Positions 52,301 to 64,000 of a stretch of 64,000 nt of DNA are shown here, piece after piece. The stretch comes from Gordius albopunctatus (Eukaryota). Positions within the stretch are counted from its first letter, which is position 1. Each line of letters opens with the position of its first letter. Location of the stretch: the NCBI GenBank assembly GCA_964276515.1, contig OZ193909.1, forward strand, positions 5,146,001 to 5,210,000, read 5' to 3'. The position numbers were made by a program, and so were the translations under genes. The notes under the pieces are model-generated. The model worked only from the letters and a program-made list of their open reading frames with translations. It was not told where the DNA came from and searched no databases.

Positions 52301-55300
52301 CTTATAAATTTGATTTCGAACGCTTTCTAAATATGTATAATACTTTACTCTTTTATATATATTACACCAAAATTTGTATTTTTTACTTTTATAAACTTGT
52401 TTATTCTTCCTAATTGCTATATTAAGATTTTTGTTGTAAATGCGTGATATTTGCCATTTGTATGCTTTATATAGTTAAATGAAATTTATTGCAATTTGTG
52501 TTGTGCTCTTCTTGCTTCAATAGAATGTGTGTGATGAATTGGGTTTATTTTTTTTAGCTTTTGCCGAGCTGCAAACCGATATGACCGAGCTGACTAACGA
52601 TTTGACGGGCGTCGGTATCCCCTTGTTAGATTATCGCACGTATTGCATGAAGGTCCTCTTCCCCAACGCCGTCGATCACCCGATACTACACGATAATTTT
52701 ACCGTAAATTTACGCAGTTTTTAACATCTATTTTTCGATAAATATTTAGAGCTTTTGTTAATTTCTATCTTAAATTGATATTTTAAAAGTTAAATGGGAT
52801 TATACAATCGATTATGGGCGAAGCACATTATAAATTAAAAGGATTCTTACATAAGTTAATGGTAAAATTTCGTAATATTTCAGAATGTTAAATAGCTCGG
52901 ATAGAGACTGAAATTTATTAGATGGTTGGGTGTTTCAAAAATCTTTCTATCAAATTATTTTCACAGGAATAAATTTATAAAAATAAACCCGGTTTTAACC
53001 TTAATATGTTTGATGTTTTGTGATAGGTTCATCGTTCGACTTATAATTGCTATAAAATTAAAAGCAAGGCTCGCCTTAAAAAAACGATGAAATATGTCTA
53101 ATTTGACCCAAGGAATTTATTTGTATAAAAAATAAAACTATTAAATTCCCCGAATTATATTCTCTCCTGATCACTTTTAACATTCGTGTGTTTTTGGCCG
53201 GGTAAAAGGATTGTTTAAAGCCAAACACCCTTAAAATGATCGACTTCTACGCGCAATGCTTAGCTTGTTGTTAAACTCGAATAATTTAGTTTACGTATCG
53301 TGTGTTTTAGCCTAAATTTCGTGGGGGAAATTGGATTGGGTTTTGCTTTAAGCAACGCTAATGTTGGTGATTTCGTTGTTTTTAAGCAGTTGGATCCGTT
53401 GCAAAAGAACAAGGAAAAAGGGCTGAAATTGTTTGAGCAGCTATTGTCATTCAAGACCTTCCTCCTCCTCTTCATACAAACCCTAGAGAATGACCGTTAT
53501 TTCTCGATGCGAGATCGGGTTAACGTGGCGTCTCTTATAATGGTGGCTCTGCAAGGGAAATTAGATTACTGCACTGAGTATGAAATAATAGCTTCTTTTC
53601 CCAATACCTTTTTTAAAAATTATTTTTATACGCTTTCTTCTCCATTTATCAAAAAAGGAATATAAAATTGATACTTTTAAAAGTTTTTTTGTAGTGAAAC
53701 ATGTTTTTGAAATAACTAAATTTTAAGCTAGAATCAAATTATGAGCTTAGAGGATTGAGGATGTATTAGATAAGCTTCTTGTGGTTATAAATACCTTTAA
53801 TTTTAGTCGGTCTAAGAATTTTTACTTTTATATTTCTAAAGCGTTTCCTTTTATATCCTGCGTTTAGCATCCTTAAAACCTTACTGGCCGAACTGATAGA
53901 ACGTTCCATGGATGGGAACAGTCATCCTAAACTTTTGCTTAGACGAACCGAATCGGTTGCCGAAAAAATGCTTACAGCTTGGTTTACCTTCTTGCTTCAC
54001 CGATTCCTTAAGGTTTTTCATAGCGACATTTCAATTTTGCAATTTTGATACTGAACTCAATCATGGTTACAGTCGAAACTTCTTAATCGCAAATCGGATT
54101 ATCGCAAAAATCTTTTAATCTCGAAGTTAACCGCCATTTTGTTTTTTAACGATAATATCGCTTAATAGTACAAAATCGGATATTCACAAACATTTTCGAG
54201 TCCTTAAATCAACCAGATAATTACATAAAATATCGTTTTATTGCGAAGCGTAAGAAATTAATATTTAAAAGTAATGTACATATACTTTTTTCTCCATCGT
54301 TTAATCGCGAAATATCGGCGATTTTTCAGGCCCAAGGCTTTGCAATTAAACGGTTTTGACTGTATAATGTTGCTATCCTAGTAATTAGTATTGTGAAAAC
54401 GACTGGGTTTTATTTGCTCGAACTTTGGTTTAAATAAGATTAATGCTCGACTCTGGTGGTCTATTTTTCAAATGTCGACCAAGCCTAAGGGTCGACTAAC
54501 AAACACAGACCAAAATGTTTAGTTGACTTGAACAAAACTATTAGGAACCGAACCTTTAATATTGTGAAATGGTGTGAATTTGAGGAATATTTTTCGTAGC
54601 AGTTGAATAATAAGCCTCCTTTTTAGCCCATCACTCATTCATTAATCTTATTAATTATTTTGTGTGAAGACAAAGGGTCCCAATCTCTGTGTTAATCTTA
54701 ATTAGATTGATAGCGTAATTTATGGTTGCGACCATGTTAAAAATATATATCGCTGTTGGTTTTTAAGAAAAACGCTTTTAAACTCGCAGAGAACTTCCAT
54801 AGTTAATATATTTTTGATATCAGTCGTTTCGTAATAATATAATTCAAACTTTATGAGGAAAAATTGGATTTTATTAGGGTAGCAGTACTAGTGTTGGTGT
54901 GCCAAAGTATAGCTTTCATCAATAAAACATCCTGTGACCAAATATTGTACAAAATTCATTTTATATCGTCGAGGTGCCCAAGAGGCTATGTCACTTTAAT
55001 TTTATGTGTTTATATGAGGATAAATACTAATCTCATCATTCTGTATAATTATAATTTTATCATTCATTACGATTGTCCCTTTTATTATTGTAGGAATGCG
55101 CGGGAGAACCGTTATTCCTATTGTTTCGCGCTATAAAGCAGCAAGCCGACAAAGGTCCCATCGATCAAATCACCAGTGAAGCTAAGTATTCTCTCAGCGA
55201 GGAAAAATTACTCCGTTGTCACGTCGAATACGAAATCATGGTAAACGCTGTTTTTAATCAAGCAGCCCCTAGCTGCTAAAACAGTCTTTTTAAAAGAAAC

Positions 55301-58300
55301 AGATGGGATTTTGTTTATTAAAAATAAATAAGACTTTTGAAGGGTTTGCTTGTAGAGTTCTATTACATCTAGACCAATATGACCTAGTGTAAGATGAGAT
55401 TTTTATTTTTCATGACCTGAAAAAGGATAAAAATTATTGCCTGAAATTCGGCCTGGAAACAGAAATTTTATACTCTACCAATAATTCATTCTATTTATAA
55501 TAAAGGCTTTGCATTACTGATAATAATTTTAATGAGTTTTATGCCCATTCAATTGTATTTTTAGTTTCATGTCATTTTCAAAATTCAATCCCGCTAAGAC
55601 AAACCGAAATTGATTCCAATTTTAAGTTTAATTTTGACTCTAACAGGTTCACTGAGATTTTTTAAGAATTTAGCTATTGTGTTTTAATCGGTCCATTTAA
55701 GTTTTTGAGGCTTCATTTTACAGATTTACCTCCCAAGTTTAGAATTACCTAGTTTTGTCCGCTGAATCTATCTCTTTAAATGTTTAAAATTATGGCCATA
55801 TTATGTTTTTTATTTTTTTGTATAGCATATGTTTTGCTCAATTGCGTTGCCTCTTTCGTTCCAGGCACTGATAAATAACCCAAAATATGCAATCCCAATC
55901 TCTCAGGATTGCATAAACAATTGTTTGTCTTCCCCCCCCCCCCTCCAAAGCTAAGGAATTTTTGACGAGAGAAGCGTAATACATGGGAAGTTTCAGACAA
56001 TATTGGACCGAATATAACTAATATTGCTCAGACTTCCTAGTGGCATATATTATAGTTTTTAAACTTTTGATAAGAACTGACGTTTTGTATATAATTCGTT
56101 TTGTTTTTTTATTCATCACTTAATTGTTTAACAATAAATAATTTGAAATCAACGACATATTTTAGACGATTCACGCCATCGTTCCCGATCCCGATACCAT
56201 GGGCAACAGTCTTGACGTGTACGTCAAAGCGCTCGATGTTGATACGATAACTCAGGTCAAAGACAAAATTTTGGACACTACGTTCAAAAATTTTCCACAG
56301 TCCCTCAGACCCAACGCCAAAGATTTGGATTTGGGTATATCGACATTTTTAGATCCTAACTTTAATAGAAGATTTATTAACATAGTTATCTTTACATATG
56401 TTTATGATTTTTACGGAATTTGGACACTTGAGGTACAAGAGTATTTTGAGCGTCGTAAAAGATGTTTCATGTAAAACGAGTCGCAAAATTGATTAAATGT
56501 TTTTACATAGAAAGAAAAACTTAACTGCTTCTATCTAAGCTAAAATAGCACGTCATTAAAATAAGAATTTAAGTATTCTGTTTCAGACGAAATTTTATAT
56601 AGGTGGGTATACTTTTTTAATTATCCCTTTCGCAAATCCGCTTTGCTCTATGGTTTTGCTCGACTCCATACTGTCCCTAAAACGCTTTATAGATTTTATA
56701 TTTTCCTTAAATTGGGTCTAAACTTTCGATCGACTTCAAAATCATTAATTCCCGTTTTTTTTGGAGTTTATTCGTCCTTGTATATCTTCTGGTAAGAGGT
56801 TGTTAAATAGATTAATGTGGTATCTTTATTTTCAACTTGTGGAAACGTTTGTCGATAAGATTAACAAATCTGTTAAAAATTTTTAACATGATGATGACCT
56901 TTATAGGGGCCAAACTGTTTAAAAGCATTCGATCGTCCTAAGGACATTACTATGCTCCTAATAGCGTAAATTAAGAGATAATTGAAAACAGTAAAGTTAC
57001 TTTCACTTCAATTAAAAATTCCGTTTTTAAATAATCAAATATCATTCATTTTACGCTCTCTTCGGGGCTCTTAGAATGGCGAACGGGATTACACGGTCGT
57101 GTTATTCTCAGGGACGAAGACATAACATCGCACATTGACGGCGAATGGAAGAGGCTCAATACCCTCAAACACTACAAGGTATTAATTTAAAACAAAATTA
57201 ACTCCATGATGAATTTAAAGTTTTTAATTTTTTATTAGACATTACTTTTCAACTAATTACTCATCCTGATAAAACTGATTGCCTATCGGTTTATACTTTG
57301 TAACACGCCAATCGTCCCATTATTTAATAATTGACGTTCAAAAACGCTAAAATCGCTGTTTTTGGAAACCTTGACAGCGAATATTTAAAAAACTTGACGT
57401 ATAGGGGAAAAAATAAAAACATATTTGTATTCACCGTGAAAAACTCTACTGGGATCTGCAAACACTTTGCCGGTTGATTTTTCTCGTTGAACCGTGTAAT
57501 TCAAGTAACTGAGCGTTTGAGATGCCACAAATGTAAAAAGTTTTGACTAATATTATATTCAATTTTTGCGGAATGTTTATAAATTTTGACCGTTTTGCTT
57601 TACCATTTTGGTGTAAGGTACCTAACGAGGCCACCTTGGTGTTGATCAGGGCTAGCGCGGTGTCCTCTTCAGCTTCCCAATCTTGCGTCTCTTCCCTCAG
57701 TCTGTCTTTGATGGGAGGAGGTGCCGGAGAAAATTGTAATCAGCATCGCTACCAACAACTGCATAATAACGGAGGGGGCAACAACGTTTACAACTGGAAG
57801 GATAGATTTCCTTTGGGTAATTTTATATTTTTCAATACCCGAAGATTTTATTCGACAAATTTTGTGGATCGGCCAAAGGTTTTTGTGGTTCCGTATCATG
57901 TAGCTTGTCTCTAAACCTAATAGCTAGTCCTGAAGTAGCTTGTAGTTGTTTTGATAAAATAATCAACAAACGGTTGAATTGAATTTTGAATAAATAGTGA
58001 CCACAATTTACAGTCATACGCTAATGTAAGATTTTAAAACGATCTACGAATCTCTAAATGGGATAGGGAGTTACAAAAGCTCTTGGCCATCGCTTTTTTA
58101 TAATAGCTCCATTTAACAACAACTATTTGAATTAATAACGAGATTTCGTCATAACAGTTTCTAAAAAATAGTAAATATCTTTGTTTTTATCTATTACCAT
58201 TTCAAATATTATAAACTTGGCTCGATATATTTGGTAAAATATAATTTAATTTTATTAGAATCAAGCAACGTGCAAAGCCCATTCTCTTCGTCCCGTAACA

Positions 58301-61300
58301 CAGCTTCCATCTCGCACGGGTCGGGTAAGAATAGGCCAGCCATAACGCACTACGGGATGGAAAGTAGTGCGAATTCATCGTCCAACCTTAAATTGTGGCA
58401 TCTGGTAAGCTGAATGGAACGTGCCTTATATGAATTTATTTAGTTTTTTGATATAAAATCATTTTTTTAATATGTAATATTCATTTGTTCACCGGCGTGG
58501 CCTTAGAATTTTGGATTTAGAGAGTTATCAATAAGGACGGACTATGGGTTTAAAAGTTTTTCCCAGAGTTGTCAGCTCTGAGAACTGTCTTCGCCTGCCG
58601 ATGCCTACACAGTATTCTTTTGGATTGTAGACTGTCTTTTCAAATCATTGTGTCTCCTTTTTAATTTTGCAGATTGCTATGAACGTTTATTACTAATATA
58701 TAATATTTAGTTCATAAGAGGTGTAATTCTAAATGTGTAATAACTGACGATTTCGCCTACAAATAAGATAATTTTAAAAAAGGCAGAGATAACATCATAA
58801 AAAATCCAATTTGAAATAGCCCCTTTATGCATTTACTAAATTAAACTCTGCAAAAAATTTATTTACATGAGCCATACTAAATATCTTAAGGCATGTAAAT
58901 CAGTCTCAAAAGTAATAGGGCATTTTTTTCATAAGTATATTTCAAGTATTATAATTGGGCTAAATACGATGGTGATTGGTGTTTGAGTGCAAATTATGTA
59001 ATTCCTTCCCGGTTTAAAGACGTAATTAATTTATCGCACAAAACTAATTGTCGAAGTTCATGAAATGGCATCGATAATTTTTTTAATGCCTAGATATAAG
59101 CATGGCCCTAGCCAGGGGGCGGCAGGGAGGGCCGGCTGCCCCCTTCTAAATACATAAATTATTTAAAATTTCTCATGATTTGGCTGAAATTTCAAAAAAT
59201 TGTCATTTTGCCCCTACCTAAATCATAGTTGCGCCCCCCGACCCCTAATTGCAGTCCTGGCTACGCCCATGGTATGAGAACTAATTTAAATTATTGCCTT
59301 AACTTTAGGGCCCTCGATTTTTTTTGAAATGTATCATTATATTTATTTAGGTCAAACATTATGATACGGAACCGAAAGAAGAGATGGGTAACAAAATGAT
59401 GTCCGAGATCTATCTTACCCGTCTCCTGGCTACCAAAGTACTAATTATACCCATATCATACTTATGCAATAATCTTTGCTCTTTAAATTAAATTATGCTT
59501 TAAATTTGATACTATATCAGTTTTGACCGAATTCAAAGTTATAGATTTAATTTAAGGATCAGCGCAGTTTTACGTGGGATGTAAGGTTCGATAAAAATAA
59601 ATGCTTAAAAGGGACTCATTGCCGTCAAATTATTATCGAGTTTGTATAACCTACAGTTATCCATCCAAAATTTATAGCATAAAATGAATTTAATCAAAAT
59701 ATTATTTTTAATATTTTTTTCACGTTTACTTACAGGGGACCCTGCAAAAATTTGTGGACGACCTTTTCGACACAATATTTTCCACATCCCAAAGATCTAG
59801 TTCTCTTCCCCTCGCCATTAAGTTCATGTTTGACTTTTTGGACGACCAGGCTTTCCAACACCAAATCACTGACAGCGAAGTGGTTCATACTTGGAAAAGT
59901 AACAGGTACGTCGTTGAGAATTAAAGAAACTTTTGCAAAGTGTTTTTTTTTTACAGAATAACCTAAATTACTGAATTTTTTATATTTGCCAATATTATTT
60001 TCGTTAAGATTATACATATCTTAATTGTTATAAAAACAGCTGATACCAATATATATATAATATCCCGTCAATACGTTACAACATCGATAATCAACCTTTT
60101 ATATGATACAAATGATAGTTATAATACTAATCCCCGCATGGAAAGGTTACAGATCCTTACACTTTTGTAATTAATTAATGGTGGCGTTTTTAATAACGTT
60201 GTTTTAGTCTTGAATGATGAGGTTGGTTGGCGTAAATGTAGCATTTAGATGCGACTCTTTGATTTACCTAGGTGCAGTGGTCTTGCCAAAACCCATTTTC
60301 GTCCAGTGATATAAACATTCGTTTCAGTGTTGTAAGAAGATGTTATACATATAAACCATCCGACAACACTTATTGAAATTCTGCAACTAATTTTATGGTG
60401 AACTAACTTTGCGTAGTAATAATCATTGGGAATTTGATTTTGTTTAAATTAAAAAATTATCTCGAATGTGTCTACCTTTTAATTTTACAAGTTGGATATG
60501 GCTATTTTTCTGCATTTCAACATGAATATTAAGCAAGAAGTTTCACATCGTTACTTTTGTAAACTGTGCCTTAGCCTACCCCTCCGCTTTTGGGTGAATC
60601 TGATCAAAAATCCCAATTTTATATTCGACGTCCACAAATCGAATACGGTGGATGCTTGCCTATCTGTCGTAGCCCAGACATTTATGGATAGTTGCTCGAC
60701 GTCGGATCAGAGGCTGGGCAAGGATTCCCCTTCCAGCAAATTGTTATACGCCAAAGACATCGTAGTTTACAAGGAATGGGTGGAAAGGTGATGCATAAGA
60801 ACGACCAATTTTTCCATCTCTTTTAGCGCATGAGATCATTATCTTGAGTTAAAAATCAAATAAATAGACTCAAAGCGATAACGTTAGCCAATCTAATTTT
60901 TGTTTCAATTTAATTAGCGAAATATGTATTTATTTATAAAAAAAACGTCAACGCCAGACCCTTAAAAGAGTTAAGAGTCTTCGTTAGTTGGTTGTAAGTG
61001 GATTTATAGAATATTTAAAGCTTTGTCCAACTTAAGGCTGATGAAGGAAAATTTGGACAAACATAGGGCGAGCTTTTTGAAAAGTTGCTATAAACTATTT
61101 TTTCGCTGAAATAAATTTGAGTTTGCAATTTTTATTCATTCAGTCGGGGGTTACTCCGCATGTTCGACAATTTCAAGAATCGGGTTTTAAATTAGAGGCC
61201 CATTTTTAATTTTTTATAATCTTTCCCCTTGCGTAGAAGCTTACAAATAACTAAACTTATGGAACTATTAAAATTTCTAATCTTGAATTGATTTATCCAT

Positions 61301-62278
61301 ACACATTCAATTAATAAACACTAAAATTAAGCCTTTAAATTTAGCGAAAAGACATGTTTTTATTGACTAAAAAGGAGAATTTGCAAAAATATGTGACATT
61401 TTTTGGTGTCTAACTCATACTAACTGAATAGCCTAGAGAAGTTATGAGTATTTTATCAGCTTTTAGCTAGGAGTTGAGTTAGGGGTGAACAGAGAGCATA
61501 GTCATGATTTTGGGGGTAAATTGGTTATTTTTACACCGTGATCTCGTTAAATCCATTAAGATTCTAAATGCATTTTGAATCATTCCTTAATAGGTACTAC
61601 CAAGACATTCGTATGATGTCGCCCATCACCGAACAAGACATGTTAGCCTTCCTAGCCGAAGAATCAAGTAGTCACGCCAAAGATTTTAATACCCGAGCCG
61701 CGTTGTGGGAATTATATAGGTAGGTGGCGTTGGCATACTAACTCCAAATTTATCATTTGTAAAGATGTTTATCTAACATTTAGGTAGTTATACTGAGGGG
61801 CGTCCCCCTCTAAATCCAAAAATTTGTTTGATATATTACAATTATGGCTAAAATTTCAAAAAATGATCATTTAGCCTCTCCATAAATCATTATTGCCCCC
61901 CCTCTAATCCCAATGCTGGCTACCCCCATGTTTATACTATATGATTGATCCCAGTTACTGAACCCTGATTTTTAGTAAATCAATTTCTTGCCTAAAATGA
62001 ATTATAGACTTGACCAACGATGTAAACTATTAGTCAAACCATATATGTAACTTTTTGGAATTTAAACGGATTTGTAGCTCACTAGAGTATAACTAGTTAT
62101 ATTTTGGGTAAAACTGGTTAAAACATTTTAAACCGTTTGCAAACGTTATTATCTTAGGTACGTGGAGAATTATAACGTTCAACTCCTGACGGCCCTGAAC
62201 GCTGACGAAATTGGGAAGAAAAAGAAATTAGCTCAACGCTTGCAATCCCTTCACTCCGTCATGAAGGGAGAAATTTGA
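28325..62278 (+). CDS. PlexA: Plexin-A (semaphorin receptor), about 2081 aa, 27 exons
   Basis: In-phase exons (6246 nt): 28325-28454 (signal peptide [15 protein letters not shown]), 36612-37663, 39401-39595, 40574-40702, 43626-43726, 44211-44388, 45331-45538, 46040-46248, 46655-46910, 47438-47775, 48461-48715, 49274-49608, 50130-50772, 51964-52219 (TM helix), 52558-52703, 53390-53577, 53868-54012, 55094-55240, 56166-56334, 57075-57178, 57618-57816, 58259-58404, 59351-59437, 59736-59905, 60575-60787, 61594-61719, 62158-62278. Contains Sema, PSI (CGWC), IPT (GPYEGGT) and split GAP/RBD motifs ([41 protein letters not shown]). Confidence 0.95.
33764..33969. mobile_element. hAT-type MITE (206 bp) in plexin intron 1
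   Basis: TIR TAGAGTTGTTAAATTGCTAAC...GTTAGCAATTTAACAACTCTA, exact 8-bp TSD tctacttt. Confidence 0.92.
35688..36423. mobile_element. hAT-type MITE with CCCG-rich subterminal repeats
   Basis: TAGAGCC.TGCA...TGCAGGGCTCTA ends, exact 8-bp TSD catgtatg. Contains a catgggcgta-type repeat at ~35863. Confidence 0.9.
39089..39207. mobile_element. Minimal hAT-type MITE (119 bp)
   Basis: TAGAGAAGTGCA...TGCAGTTTTCTA ends, exact 8-bp TSD ctttgcag. Confidence 0.82.
46974..47131. mobile_element. hAT-type MITE (TAGTGTTG family)
   Basis: TAGTGTTG...CAACACTA ends, exact 8-bp TSD caacaaag. Related copies at ~16218-16285, ~47986-48022, ~48927-49164 and ~54387-54560. Confidence 0.85.
59101..59271. mobile_element. 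Dispersed ~170-bp MITE family (CATGGGCGTAGCC...GGCTACGCCCATG ends); best-preserved copy
   Basis: Inverted ends plus the shared core attatggctaaaatttcaaaaaatgatcattttgcccc. Related copies near 29570-29715, 38291-38440, 40842-40955, 41788-41965, 43061-43199 and 61796-61930. No clear TSD, so the superfamily is uncertain. Confidence 0.75.
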
Positions 62279-64000
62279 AGATATATTTATTTTTTCCTGC
62301 AAAGATATACCCTTTCTCACCGATTAATACGGTGATCCGACGATTTTTTGGCTTTTTGATGCAAAATGATGACTTAACTAATTTGGAAAAAGCAAAAGCC
62401 TTCAAACAACCTTCATTTCATAGAAAAGTTCGGGAATTAAAACACGAGATTTTTTGGACTTTTTTTTTAAATCCCATGAGGTTGTGGCACTCTTAACGAG
62501 GCGAAATTGAAAACAGTCCGAAAATCCTAGCAATTATAGTATCCCTTTTTAAAGAGACAAGCCAACTTCTCCGTTATTGTCTCGAAAGTATTACTTCGTT
62601 TTGTGATATTACCACACACACACACACACACACCACTCATATACAACCATATCTCACAAATCAATCGCTCCGCATTATGATCTTGTTATATAAAATATAC
62701 GCGCGACGGCATTTTTAGACAGCTGCCCCAAAATAGCATCTTTTATCATCGTTGCTTTTATATTAATTTTATGATCGCACTGCATTCAGCAACGGCTTTT
62801 CAGTCGTGTTTTTATATATTTGATTGCATTTCGTTTTATATAACGCGATTATTTGACATTTTGCCCTCTTTTTTATGACGGAGAGTTTTGAACTCAATGA
62901 TTTTTTGTTTCACGCCATGCCAAATATGTTGCAAATAGAGACTTTTATATGGCATATATTATATTGTATTAAACATCTTAATCAAAATTGTCATTTTTTG
63001 TATATATTAGATTTAATAAATTTTACAAAACCATCGGAAACAACTTTTTATGTTAGAGTAATAAAATAGCCCAATCAAAGGCTACTAAAAATATTGGCGC
63101 CCTCTGACTAACTTTTTTCTACCATTTTACAAAAAAGTATCAATGACAATAATTCCTTTAGATCTTGAAAATATCTGCGGGTTAAAAATAGCTCGGAAAA
63201 TGCACCGAGTTTTTTATGTAAAATTTAATATTAATATGATTCGTCTGTTTTTCATTTTACCTTGTTTAAATAAATAAAACTCAGCATTTATAAATCAGCT
63301 AATATAAATTAAGCTTAGATCACAATTTAAAAATTGTATGAGCGCGGTGAAAATTTAAATTTTAGAGTTATTTGAATCGATGCACGACTTTTAAGCAATG
63401 TCGAAAATAGAATTTCGTGTCATCTTCTCGATAAAAATTCAATTTTTTATTTATCCTTGATAATTTTTTAACAAATTTTGTCATGTACCTAATAAATAAT
63501 TCGATGTCATAAAAAGTGAATGAAAGTTTAGTATATTTAAAATCTGGCACAGTTCCGTATATTGTCAGCATAATAGATGAAAAAAATAATTATTTGCACC
63601 CATAGACTTGATAGGCTCATCAATGTTAAATAAGTATACCGTTTTTCCTCCATTTTTATATGTGCAAAAATAAGGAAAGGTTGTGTAGATTATAGTGAAT
63701 TCGGTTAAAACTTAGTGGAAAAAATTTGTATCATTTCCGCAATTCATGAAAGATAATATAATGTTAAAGCAATTTAGTGCTATCTGCAATTTATTAAATA
63801 AACATTCTTTTCTATTTATTCACTAATGAGGAATGTAAATTCATTATTTCTGTTTAAATAAGGCGACACTGCATAAAGACAAAAGAGATTGTCAAAAGAT
63901 GGTGGTGGTTTACTAGTATAGATTTTACCATATAAAACATATGACATGACCAGTCTATGTTTGCACCTAATGTTTTTTTTCTTTCGCTAAACCCTTTTAA

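Overview
AT-rich animal (invertebrate) genomic DNA with spliceosomal introns. Four host genes can be read. These are the 3' part of a thyroglobulin type-1 domain gene (left edge, +), a Popeye-domain (BVES/POPDC) gene (5142-7688, +, 6 exons), COG8 (20281-14115, -, 10 exons) and a complete plexin-A gene (28325-62278, +, 27 exons, about 2081 aa). Exon chains were assembled by hand from GT/GC-AG sites, phase consistency and remembered family motifs, with no database search. Introns and intergenic DNA hold many decayed mobile elements: CRE-like non-LTR retrotransposons, a Mag-type Gypsy element, hAT elements and MITEs with 8-bp TSDs, a piggyBac-like MITE, a Penelope 3' fragment with a hammerhead-like motif, a Ginger-like TGT...ACA element and a DINE-1/HINE-like element. 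There is also a ~680-bp (TACA)n microsatellite. The most notable observations are: 32-47 nt micro-introns between AT-rich exons coexisting in the same genes with GC-richer exons flanked by long introns; two GC-AG introns; a Gypsy integrase-PPT-LTR-PBS-gag permutation next to a kinesin-light-chain fragment; and several nested transposons. I found no clear evidence of a wholly new multi-gene system.
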